A stretch of DNA of 64,000 bases from a virus, in the IMG/VR virus record IMGVR_UViG_3300029286_003689, positions 11,019 through 75,018 of that record. The stretch is one strand, 5' to 3'. The stretch's first letter is position 1; each line of letters begins with the position of its first letter. Of the stretch, positions 1 to 8,848 are shown piece after piece. Under the pieces are notes generated by a model that was given only the letters and a program-made list of their open reading frames with translations, had not been told where the DNA came from and searched no databases. Made by a program: the position numbers and the translations under genes.

Positions 1-2443
1 AATGCATTCTTAATCTTGCAACATTAGCAAGCTTTCCGTGAGTCGTTCCGACGTCAGTATTGATATCCCCATCTAAAGGTTCTACGTCGCATATATACGG
101 CAGGCCCACATGAATAATTGAAGCTGGGTTAGATAACACTATCTCTCCGTCTTCAACCACCATTCCTTCTATCCAGTTTCCGTCAGCAACTACTGAAACG
201 GTTTTGCCTTCAAGGTGGTCTAAATCAGGGACTGTCGTGATTGTTTTTCTAACCTCGCCGTCTTCTTCATAAGCCGTATACTCTGTGCCATCTATATCGC
301 TATCGTCTTCCGGGTCAGTTAGTTCAAAGGCATTAGCAGAAGCGTTTGCAACCTTAAACCTTTTTCCGTTTAATTCAGTCATACCCTTTACTTCCAAGAT
401 GTCTACGAGGTCACCGTTTGCAAAACCATGCGCTTCTTCAGTGGTAATTACTACCGGACTGGCCTGAGTAGCTCCGGTTATTGTCATCGGATTATCGTAA
501 CTTATCCCGCAGTCTACGAAGAATTGCTTACGCGGATCCGTTGAGATCATCCGTTTAACCATCTTCTCAATAAATCTTTCTGTGCCGCGTTTTATAACCA
601 TCCAAACCTCATCATATCCAACAGTGGCATTAGGTATCGTCCAAATAGACTCTACCTGTCCGTCGGTATCATGCCAAGCCCAAGCAACTATTTCTTGCTC
701 TCTAAGATAAGTCATAGACAATAACATGCCGTCATCCCTTACCAACCAAACCAAGCTATCAGGTTCTTTTTGGTAAGCCATATCTATAATTCTGTGTCCT
801 TCAAAGAGTTGATTTGAAAGCAAACTTAAAGGATCTCCTGTATAGCCGTCCGAGATATAATCGTATCCTAAATCCCAAACTACTGTCCCCATGGGCTGAA
901 CGTATATAACCCTATTGCCTATCACTACCGGCAACACCTTTGAGCTACCGCGGCCTTCCTGAAGCTTTGGATAAACGGTTGTAGGGGTTAAGACTCCTTC
1001 CGATGATGAACCTATGCTCCATGCCCTTGAAGACGTAAAGGCAAGAATATCTCCTAATAAAATAAAGCTCTTTACGGCGTCCATTTTTCGGCTGGGTAAA
1101 CGTATACTTATGCCATCAGAATCAACCAGGGGGTCGCTTCTGCCAAAATTTATGTAATTATTTGTCCTTGTACTCCAAACCCCAAGAATTTCAGACTTCG
1201 TTGCACCAAAGACTAACCTGTCTTGCTCAAACATACAAGTAGCCGGATAACCTCTCTTTTCCGACCATGAACCCTCTGACCAAAACTCTGTTGCCGCGGT
1301 CGCTCCGACTTCCTTCAATACTTCCGCAGTTACCACTGTCGCGCTTGTAAATGCAGTTATTTTTACTATCCCGACCTGTGTAAAAGCATCTGTGCTCAAA
1401 TCAACATTTATCGTCCCGCTTGTAAAAATAGTACATTTTACCCGGACAAGAACGGCATCGTCTTCATCAAAATCCCCGTAAGTATTGTGGTTGATGTCCC
1501 CATCGTAAGAAGTAAAACTCCTTACAGAAGACCAAGTTGTGCCACCGTCTATTGACTTCTCTATTTTAATAGTGCCTGTCCAGATTCCATGTGTAACAAG
1601 ACGCCACGTGCCATTAGGCCCGCATTTTATTGAAGTAGTTTCTCCGACGGCAGTAAAGGCTTTTGAAACGAATTGACTTTCTATATTATGCTCAAGTTTA
1701 AATAAGGCTCCTATGTGACCTACTTCAAATAATGCTTTACTTGCCGTAAGTGTAATTCCGCTACCTGTCACGGCGTTGGCGGTAAGAGTTAAATCCTCGT
1801 CTATGTTTTGCTGCATAAACGGGCCTTCTTCAAATGGATATAAGGCAATTCGCCAGCTATAATGAGAATATCTTGTAATAGTCCGGGGGCAAAAATCATT
1901 GTGGGTAACGTAGAGTACATCAGCCGATTGAGTGAATTGAAGGTCTTCCAGATCATCTTCAGCGTACGGTGTTTCTATTTCGTATATGTCTGAGGCTTCC
2001 CAATCAGTGACGTTGCCTGGAGGGGTTGCGTGGCCAGCGCCAGAGGTATGATTCGTCTTTGAACGATAAACAATACCGCCTACCTTAACAAAATCTCCTA
2101 TGTAGTAAACTGTGGCTGTTACCCATGCCGCTGTTGTCGTCGGGGCTATGAGCTGTCCGTCATTCATGTAAAATCGGCAATAATACTCTCCGAATTCTAT
2201 TGAATATACCTGATCAGCAGAAAATTCAAATCCTACTCCCCGGCATTTCTTATCGCTGTATTTTGGCTTCTTGATGAAATAGAGACCTGGTCTATTAGAG
2301 GCACCGCCATGGGGATGAGGAAAGGTGTTGCGTAGCCTGCGGCATCCTGAACCATAACGCTGCAGGTCTATGCGTGACCATAGGCTTGGAGCAAACTCTC
2401 CTCCGGTAAAAGCCGGCTTTAGTACTTCTATTTTCTGCGCCAT
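1..2443 (-). CDS. Tail tubular protein B / nozzle (truncated by window edge; absent from ORF track)
   Basis: Hand translation from ATG 2443: MAQKIEVLKPAFTGGEFAPSLWSRIDLQRY...HGGASNRPG; paralogue of 41133-43172; follows tubular A. Confidence 0.85.
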   Translation of the reverse strand, partial: MAQKIEVLKPAFTGGEFAPSLWSRIDLQRYGSGCRRLRNTFPHPHGGASNRPGLYFIKKPKYSDKKCRGVGFEFSADQVYSIEFGEYYCRFYMNDGQLIAPTTTAAWVTATVYYIGDFVKVGGIVYRSKTNHTSGAGHATPPGNVTDWEASDIYEIETPYAEDDLEDLQFTQSADVLYVTHNDFCPRTITRYSHYSWRIALYPFEEGPFMQQNIDEDLTLTANAVTGSGITLTASKALFEVGHIGALFKLEHNIESQFVSKAFTAVGETTSIKCGPNGTWRLVTHGIWTGTIKIEKSIDGGTTWSSVRSFTSYDGDINHNTYGDFDEDDAVLVRVKCTIFTSGTINVDLSTDAFTQVGIVKITAFTSATVVTAEVLKEVGATAATEFWSEGSWSEKRGYPATCMFEQDRLVFGATKSEILGVWSTRTNNYINFGRSDPLVDSDGISIRLPSRKMDAVKSFILLGDILAFTSSRAWSIGSSSEGVLTPTTVYPKLQEGRGSSKVLPVVIGNRVIYVQPMGTVVWDLGYDYISDGYTGDPLSLLSNQLFEGHRIIDMAYQKEPDSLVWLVRDDGMLLSMTYLREQEIVAWAWHDTDGQVESIWTIPNATVGYDEVWMVIKRGTERFIEKMVKRMISTDPRKQFFVDCGISYDNPMTITGATQASPVVITTEEAHGFANGDLVDILEVKGMTELNGKRFKVANASANAFELTDPEDDSDIDGTEYTAYEEDGEVRKTITTVPDLDHLEGKTVSVVADGNWIEGMVVEDGEIVLSNPASIIHVGLPYICDVEPLDGDINTDVGTTHGKLANVARLRMH

Positions 2444-2444
2444 A

Positions 2445-2729
2445 TTAGCTTAAAAGAGTACTTTCTCCGTCTTTAGTTTTTTTCTTGTCTTTCCCTACTA
2501 TCTCGCCTTCTTTTAACTCAAAGGTGACTATCTTGCGCCATTCATTGTCTTCATAGCCGCATATCCTGGCCTTTATCTTGATCTCTACTTCATCGTCGCG
2601 TTTAACGTCTTTGCCTTCGATAAAAGACAACGGTAAATCTACTTTCGGAAAAGTTTCCTTCGGGAAATCCGCTTCTGATGCAGGGTGGTCAATAAACTTA
2701 TTATCTCTTTTTGTTCCTAAGCTTTTCAT
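2445..2729 (-). CDS. Small virion protein (possible capsid staple-like)
   Basis: ORF in structural operon; position only. Confidence 0.45.
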   Translation of the reverse strand: MKSLGTKRDNKFIDHPASEADFPKETFPKVDLPLSFIEGKDVKRDDEVEIKIKARICGYEDNEWRKIVTFELKEGEIVGKDKKKTKDGESTLLS

Positions 2730-2738
2730 GGCTATCTC

Positions 2739-3344
2739 CTATCTTGAGTCCTCAAACGATGAGGTTTGTTTCTGTTTTACATTACTCTCTCCGTCATTTA
2801 TCCTGGCGGCATCACTTACCATTGACAAATATATACTAAGCAGGGTTTTCATCTTATCCTGATCTCCTGTTAGTGGGATTGCTGCATGAGTGGCTACAAG
2901 AAAAGATAATGCCATGGCAGCTGAGACATCAAATTTTGAAACATCGGTTACTTGATAGGTAAATTCTATGTAGGCTTCTTCAGAATTGCAGGCAATAACT
3001 TCTTGATTTAATTCGGGTATAAATACTTTCTCATGCTCAATAGGTTTTGGGTCAGGATCACCTGTATCAAGAAACACCTTTCTAACACACAGGCATTTTG
3101 CGGGAATAGCATAAACGTAACTCCAACCCGGAATCTCTTGGTCATCCAATTCAACAAGAAGTTCCTTTACCTTGGCAAAACCCCAATTCTTAGCTCTAAG
3201 AACATTATCCCGGCAGAATGGAAAAATACGATTAAGAGTCCTAACTTTTTTATCTGTAATATCTTCTAAAGAATCAAGCGGGTCTTCGTTTAGGTGCCCG
3301 AGAGCTATGTTGCTAATTACTAAATCATCTACTGTCTTTGGCAT
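2739..3344 (-). CDS. Tail tubular protein A / head-tail adaptor
   Basis: ISNIALGHL...W.FA...YAIPAKCL.VR pattern; paralogue of 43169-43780. Confidence 0.8.
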   Translation of the reverse strand: MPKTVDDLVISNIALGHLNEDPLDSLEDITDKKVRTLNRIFPFCRDNVLRAKNWGFAKVKELLVELDDQEIPGWSYVYAIPAKCLCVRKVFLDTGDPDPKPIEHEKVFIPELNQEVIACNSEEAYIEFTYQVTDVSKFDVSAAMALSFLVATHAAIPLTGDQDKMKTLLSIYLSMVSDAARINDGESNVKQKQTSSFEDSR

Positions 3345-3363
3345 TTTTACCCTCGAAAATTAA

Positions 3364-3387
3364 GGGGGCTACCAAAAAGTAGCCCCC
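3364..3387 (-). terminator. Intrinsic terminator-like hairpin
   Basis: GGGGGCTAC-6nt-GTAGCCCCC followed by TTAATTTT on minus strand. Confidence 0.6.
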
Positions 3388-3393
3388 GTTAAT

Positions 3394-3738
3394 CTATTTT
3401 TTCTGTCTCTCTTTAGCCTTTTTGACAATAGCCCTTATCTTCTGCTGGCTTATGTCTTTCGCCAATACTTCCAGTAACTCATCGTTATTCAACACTTCCG
3501 CGTCTTTAATACCGCGGCTCTTGGCTTCATCAACCAATTCTAAACGCGCGGCTTCCGCAGCGTTTGCCGGCTCCTGTTGGCCAGAAGCTTCTTTTGCCGG
3601 GGCCGCCAGATGCTTCTCATCTAAAAGCTTAAAATGCTTTGGCGGATTCTCTTTAGGATCAGCCTCAACTATCTGGCCTTTCTCATAAAAAGAATTCCGG
3701 AACCCGTAACAATCTTTCAAAACCTCATATTTTGCCAC
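3394..3738 (-). CDS. Hypothetical structural-operon protein
   Basis: GTG start with AAGGAGGT RBS. Confidence 0.65.
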   Translation of the reverse strand: MAKYEVLKDCYGFRNSFYEKGQIVEADPKENPPKHFKLLDEKHLAAPAKEASGQQEPANAAEAARLELVDEAKSRGIKDAEVLNNDELLEVLAKDISQQKIRAIVKKAKERQKK

Positions 3739-3783
3739 AGCTACCTCCTTTTTTTACCCTCGAAAATTAAGGGATTTTATTTA

Positions 3784-3927
3784 TCAGGTTTGAACTGCTG
3801 TCCTTGAAACTTCATACCAGTGAGAACCATTAGAAACAAAGGTGACTACGTAATACTTTCCTGCAGATGTCCCCAGTGTTAATGTCCCTACTGAACTCAC
3901 TAAGGTTGCATGAAAAGTAATAACCTC
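3784..3927 (-). pseudogene. Start-less C-terminal remnant of a beta-rich virion protein
   Basis: 47-codon frame EVITFHATLVSSVGTLTLGTSAGKYYVVTFVSNGSHWYEVSRTAVQT* fused directly onto an AAGGAGGT RBS with no in-frame start at proper spacing. Confidence 0.55.
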
Positions 3928-3987
3928 CTTTATAGCGGATTAGCCCGGAAGGTTTTTAAGGCTTCCGGGCCATCCTGCTTGGTTTGC

Positions 3988-4389
3988 TTAGGCTATATTA
4001 ACGTCCGGTGTTAAGAACGCATCTATCGTACCGCCGGTGAAAGCATGGTTTCCTTCGGTAAAATACAACCTTAAGAATCTCTTAAGGCCCGGAGGAAGCT
4101 TAATCTTCCAGACGATGGTATTAGCCGCTAATTCGGCCTCAGTGAGGTCTTTCTCGGCTAAGTTAACCGCGGCAACGTTAAAGGCTTCGGCGGAATCGGT
4201 CTGAATAGCAATATTCAGCGTTCCGTCATCTTCAGCGGTTGCTCCGGCTGTCCCTACCCTCACAACCAGGTAGAGTTCTTCTCCTACTGCGTCACCGGCT
4301 TTGCTTAAGTCAATGACGTTGGTACTGGCGCCGGTAAAACTCGTCATTAACTGGCCTTCTGCTAAGATCAAATGCGCGTCTTTAATCAT
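3988..4389 (-). CDS. Capsid cement protein (Bbp16-like)
   Basis: MIKD...STNVIDL...RFLRL pattern directly after MCP. Confidence 0.8.
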   Translation of the reverse strand: MIKDAHLILAEGQLMTSFTGASTNVIDLSKAGDAVGEELYLVVRVGTAGATAEDDGTLNIAIQTDSAEAFNVAAVNLAEKDLTEAELAANTIVWKIKLPPGLKRFLRLYFTEGNHAFTGGTIDAFLTPDVNIA

Positions 4390-4457
4390 GATATTTCTCC
4401 TTTTTTTAACGTTGTTAACGTTCGCTTTTATGCTACTTATTTATTTGCAACCTACTT

Positions 4458-5480
4458 TTACGCTGTGACTATTGACTCAGAATTCAGGATCTTATCGCAA
4501 CGGCGAATAGGTATACCCATGAACGTGGTCAGGGATTTACCATTCTCAAGCTCGCGGATAGTCAAATTCACATTGCTCTTGTTGTACGCTTTGATATCCA
4601 GAGCGGTCTTAACTTCTTTGTTGCAATACCACGCTGCGCGGCCAGAAGCTAAGCTCGGAACTTTATTCATCGCCTGAATCATGAACTTAATCAGGTTAGC
4701 TGAACCGTCAACTTGATCACCGGCTTGCGCTAAGAGAGAAATATCCAGGTTGGCGATACGAACGGCGAATCTCCAGTCTCTCACGCAAAGACCTAAGTCC
4801 TGGTAGAACTGGTCAACGAAAGCCAGATACTGCCCTGCAGGAGTCTGGTCATCGTTTACAAGCTGTTTACCCAAGTCGTTATGGGTAATGCCTGCCTTGG
4901 TTGCGCGGGGATAAAACGCGTGGATGGTATTCTCTCCCCAGATTACTAACCACATAGACGTAACATCGGTCTGGCCAGCTATGGCTCCGCCGTCTATTAC
5001 GTTCTCGGAAGAAGCTACGGCTGCGGCGAGAGACGAGTAATACGGAGATAAACCTGTAAACCTCTCCGGATTGGTCTCTACATTGCCGTAGAAGAGCGTA
5101 GTGGCCATTTCTTGAGACAATGCCTCAATGAATGGCGCGTTTTCGGAAATTCTGAAAGCCGCCTTGTCAACCGCGATATTGACAAGCAATTCATCAATTT
5201 TACCCATGCCTTCAAGGTGCCCTGCGGTAAAAAGCTGCTGCCTTGTCTGGGATTTAGAGGGCTGAACGCCTCGGTTAATCTGTCTCCACGCAACGGTAGG
5301 AAGGCCCGTACGTATTGTGGATTTGTGCCCGGTGGTCGTGTTACCTTCAATGAACACGAGATCGGAAAGTATCTCGTTCTTTTCGTTCATCATTTCTGAA
5401 ATACGTGCTATCTTTCCGTTCGGGTCAAGCCTTCTGGCATGATCCATTAGTGTTAAATTCGTATTGCCGATAGTACTCAT
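4458..5480 (-). CDS. Major capsid protein (BPP-1/epsilon15-like)
   Basis: RTGLP..WR.IN.GV; DWRF.VRIAN.D; F.GIPIRRCD motifs. Confidence 0.9.
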   Translation of the reverse strand: MSTIGNTNLTLMDHARRLDPNGKIARISEMMNEKNEILSDLVFIEGNTTTGHKSTIRTGLPTVAWRQINRGVQPSKSQTRQQLFTAGHLEGMGKIDELLVNIAVDKAAFRISENAPFIEALSQEMATTLFYGNVETNPERFTGLSPYYSSLAAAVASSENVIDGGAIAGQTDVTSMWLVIWGENTIHAFYPRATKAGITHNDLGKQLVNDDQTPAGQYLAFVDQFYQDLGLCVRDWRFAVRIANLDISLLAQAGDQVDGSANLIKFMIQAMNKVPSLASGRAAWYCNKEVKTALDIKAYNKSNVNLTIRELENGKSLTTFMGIPIRRCDKILNSESIVTA

Positions 5481-5503
5481 GGGTTCTTTCCTTTCTTTTT
5501 AGG

Positions 5504-6325
5504 CTACTTCATTGAGTCGCCGTAGAATAAGGCGCCGTCTGATTTTTCGCCTGTTTTGTTTTTACCATCTATAAGTTTATCTTCGCTTATGGCTTTCCCT
5601 ACTTTCAGGAAGAAGTTAACCATCTCTTTCTGGTTGCCTACTCCTGTTTGATTCAGAAACTTGCGCAAATCTGGAGTACCAAAACGCTCAATCGCCTTAC
5701 TGGCAAAAATAAGCTCTTTTTGATAATCCACAATACCGGCTTCTTTCAGGGTAGCAATAGTTGCTTCTTTCCATTCCTTTTTGGTTTGGTTAAATGTTTC
5801 AACTAAACCATCTTGAAAGGATTGAATATGCTTTACCTGAAGGTCAATTAACCTCTGGGCCTTTTCTTGAGAGAGGTCTAATTCCTTAGCCACTGTCTTG
5901 AATTCCTCAAGCATCGGCTGGTTAACCTTCATCCCATCAGGCACTGTGAAATCGGTATAGGCTTCGGGTGCGCCTTTACCTGACGCTAATTTCTTTGCAT
6001 CTTCTTTAGCCTTTAGAAGCGCCGCCTGCTTAACCTGATCTTCCGCGGAGAGCTGGTCTTTAGGGGTATCAAGAAGGCGTTTCTCTTCTTTAGCCGTCTC
6101 AAGTTCAGTCCTCTTGGCTTTCTCAGCATCATTCAGGGTTGTCGGATCTGCTTCTAATATTCGCTTCTCTTCTGCTACTTGAGCTTCCTTTTCAGCGGTT
6201 ATTTCTTCTGCTGTCTTTGCCGCAGCCGGAGCTGCGCCAGAGGCCTCAGCCTTATTCTCGCCCCCAAGTAAACTCTCTTCTTCTTTGATCTCATCTGCTG
6301 GTGCTACTGCTGTTGGTTCTGGCAT
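5504..6325 (-). CDS. Scaffolding protein
   Basis: Acidic helical; APEAY.F..PDG, LSQEKAQ, GKAISED; upstream of MCP. Confidence 0.75.
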   Translation of the reverse strand: MPEPTAVAPADEIKEEESLLGGENKAEASGAAPAAAKTAEEITAEKEAQVAEEKRILEADPTTLNDAEKAKRTELETAKEEKRLLDTPKDQLSAEDQVKQAALLKAKEDAKKLASGKGAPEAYTDFTVPDGMKVNQPMLEEFKTVAKELDLSQEKAQRLIDLQVKHIQSFQDGLVETFNQTKKEWKEATIATLKEAGIVDYQKELIFASKAIERFGTPDLRKFLNQTGVGNQKEMVNFFLKVGKAISEDKLIDGKNKTGEKSDGALFYGDSMK

Positions 6326-6368
6326 TTCTCTCTCCTTTGTTTGCTCCTGCCGGGGATATACGAATCAG

Positions 6369-6686
6369 TTAAATATCGTCTGTCTCCGGAGGAATTTCTT
6401 TTTTAAGACTTTCTTGTTCTGATTTATATTCGTTCTGCATTTGCAGAAAAGCTTCTGGGGTTATATCAGCCCAGAAGAGTTGACCTATAGATTGTTTTCC
6501 ACAATTAAAATCTGTTTTGTTGTCGCCGGCAAAAGGGTTACGTAACACGCCGGATACACTCAACAAACGCCACATTAACCGTCTACCTTCAGCTAAACGC
6601 AAGACCCGGACAATATCACTAAGCTCGCGTTCCCTGAGCCTCTTGTCTCGTTCAGCTATTTTTTTACCTCTCTCTTCAGCGTTCAT
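6369..6686 (-). CDS. Bbp19-like protein
   Basis: EGRRLMWRLL...FNCGKQSIG; between portal and scaffold. Confidence 0.7.
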   Translation of the reverse strand: MNAEERGKKIAERDKRLRERELSDIVRVLRLAEGRRLMWRLLSVSGVLRNPFAGDNKTDFNCGKQSIGQLFWADITPEAFLQMQNEYKSEQESLKKEIPPETDDI

Positions 6687-8428
6687 TATTTCTTACCCTC
6701 TTGAACCTTTTGAGGAACGTCTTTGCCGGTTAAAGCTTTTATCACTGCATCAAGAGCAGTTCCCTCTCCCACTTTTGCTTGAGAAAGAGTCTTGGCGCCT
6801 TCAGCTGCTTGCATGCCTGACTGCATCTGTTGCTGCTTTAGAAGAGCTTCTTGTTTAGCCTTACGCATAGCAGCCACAATTTCAGCACTCCGTACAAGCC
6901 TTGCTGGAACACCCTTCATTTCGCTAAATGTCTCTATAATTTCATCAATATCAATCTTGTCTTCTGGCCCAGATTCCGGGAATACCTTTCTTAACTCACC
7001 TACGAATTGACACAACTCTTGGATAGCCTGCGTCCCTATAGCCTTTTGAGCTTGCGAAAGTACTGAGATAAAATCGATCTTAATATCCTGACCTTGTAGT
7101 TCTTCGGGAATCTCTGGAATCATGCCAAGAGCGAGCATTATTAAAAATGTTCTGCTTATCAATAAATCAAGGAAGTCTTCAATTACGTCAAGCACCGGGC
7201 CGAGCATCATTAGCTTCTCTTCATACTTCTTTGCTATCTCTTCGGCGGTTACCTGTCTGCGATCAGACTGAAGAAGCATGAGAAATAAATCGGTATAGAA
7301 AGCCCTGCTTACTGAAGCGCGCGTATTCTCAATACTCTTGTCTACATCTGCAAGGCTAATCTGGACTTGATACGCAGGTCTTACACCGGCGTCCGGAAGG
7401 TTAGAAGAGGATGTGGTTATTCCGCCAGGAGCAGTGTTTACCTCTCCTGAAACATTAGCGTCTTTTTGCAGTGGGGGCTTTAACTGTAAGTCAAGAGCAA
7501 GATACCTGTCTTTCTGTAGCTTCTGAAGGCCTTTAGAAGCACCTAAAGCAAGCCAGCCCGGAGCACCCTTGCCATAAATATCCGCTGAAGTAGTAACTCC
7601 CCAGACAGCAGTCAAAACAGGGAAATCGTTATAACCACCTATGCGTAAGAAAGTATCTGCTGGGGATCCTGACTCCCATTGAATTGACCGGTATTTCATA
7701 TTCTGGAAATCTGCCTTATCCGGCACCCGGTCATCATTTTCTTCAATAAGATGGATTACTTTAATCCATTGACCTAATTCAGCCGCCCTCTTTGATTCAT
7801 AGGATTTCTTTACGGTATCGCTTACGTTGTCTTTGCCAAACTCCTTAACGAGTTGGTCAACGGTCATCCAGAATTCACGCGCGAATCCGTTAACTCTTCC
7901 ATCTGGGCCAACGCTTAAGAAATATTCGCCTGCGGTAAAATTCCTGGCTCTAACAACAGAATCAAAATCTTCCCCGATATACATTGCCGCTGTCCCAAAG
8001 CTTCCCAACTCTTCAAAGAACGAAGTCAATGCCCCGTAGATATTTGAGCGCTGGAAAACATTACGCATACGCTCTTCCACGGTATCAAGCCACAGTTTAA
8101 CGTTTTGATTATCCATTAAGTCTTGGTCAGATACTCCAAGCTTAAACCAAGGCCTGACCTGAGAAGTCATACCGCTTGAGATACCAGAGCCAAGAGTCCT
8201 GCTACAATATTGAGGGTGCTCGTCAAGAAGCGTCTTATGATCTATAGCCTTTCCGTCATTAGGCTGATCATCAAAAAAGCCCCGTGTGGGGGCCTCATAG
8301 AGTTTGATATCTTTATACGTCGGCCAATACCGTTGACCTTCGCTCTTCATTGCGCTAACGCGCTGCTCAAACATTGCCCTGAGCAATCCTATACCAACCT
8401 TCTTTTTTTCTACTACTGCTTCAGGCAT
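6686..8428 (-). CDS. Portal (head-tail connector)
   Basis: RPWF, FGTA, TAEEI...EEKL..LGPV motifs; 580 aa. Confidence 0.9.
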   Translation of the reverse strand: MPEAVVEKKKVGIGLLRAMFEQRVSAMKSEGQRYWPTYKDIKLYEAPTRGFFDDQPNDGKAIDHKTLLDEHPQYCSRTLGSGISSGMTSQVRPWFKLGVSDQDLMDNQNVKLWLDTVEERMRNVFQRSNIYGALTSFFEELGSFGTAAMYIGEDFDSVVRARNFTAGEYFLSVGPDGRVNGFAREFWMTVDQLVKEFGKDNVSDTVKKSYESKRAAELGQWIKVIHLIEENDDRVPDKADFQNMKYRSIQWESGSPADTFLRIGGYNDFPVLTAVWGVTTSADIYGKGAPGWLALGASKGLQKLQKDRYLALDLQLKPPLQKDANVSGEVNTAPGGITTSSSNLPDAGVRPAYQVQISLADVDKSIENTRASVSRAFYTDLFLMLLQSDRRQVTAEEIAKKYEEKLMMLGPVLDVIEDFLDLLISRTFLIMLALGMIPEIPEELQGQDIKIDFISVLSQAQKAIGTQAIQELCQFVGELRKVFPESGPEDKIDIDEIIETFSEMKGVPARLVRSAEIVAAMRKAKQEALLKQQQMQSGMQAAEGAKTLSQAKVGEGTALDAVIKALTGKDVPQKVQEGKK

Positions 8429-8430
8429 AT

Positions 8431-8679
8431 TTATCCTAACTTAGTTTTCTGGCCGCCTAAAATGGCAGGCATAAGAAGATTAACTCCTGATGTATCACCG
8501 GAGTCCGATGTCTTAACTGTGCTACTTATACCGTATTTAACAGCTGCGACTTGCCGTCTTTTCTTTTCTGCAAGATTAGAAGAAGTAACATCTGTGGAAG
8601 ATTTTATTGCCGTTGAAGGAGGAGGTGTCGCTGTTTTAGATGTTGTGGTGCTTGGAGTATCTCCGCCACCGAAACACAT
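8431..8679 (-). CDS. Small virion protein
   Basis: MCFGGG...KTKLG, typical of the gene preceding the portal in this phage type. Confidence 0.65.
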   Translation of the reverse strand: MCFGGGDTPSTTTSKTATPPPSTAIKSSTDVTSSNLAEKKRRQVAAVKYGISSTVKTSDSGDTSGVNLLMPAILGGQKTKLG

Positions 8680-8712
8680 ATTTCACTCCTTTGTTTGAGA
8701 GTTAAAAAAATA

Positions 8713-8743
8713 GGGCTGTCCCCGCTCGTCGACGAGAACAGCC
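8713..8743 (-). terminator. Bulged intrinsic terminator in leader of portal operon
   Basis: GGGCTGTTC-TCGTCGACGA-GCG-GGACAGCCC-TATTTTTTT. Confidence 0.7.
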
Positions 8744-8816
8744 CAAAAAAATAACCAACCTGCTGTGCACAGATTGGTTAAAATGATTTGTGAGGCGCTA
8801 CCTCACGCGTAATTAT

Positions 8817-8845
8817 TTTATATCATCTACTTGTCATTTTGTCAA
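8817..8845 (-). promoter_or_regulatory. sigma70-type promoter for portal/capsid operon
   Basis: TTGACA-17nt-TATAAA. Confidence 0.7.
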
Positions 8846-8848
8846 GTC

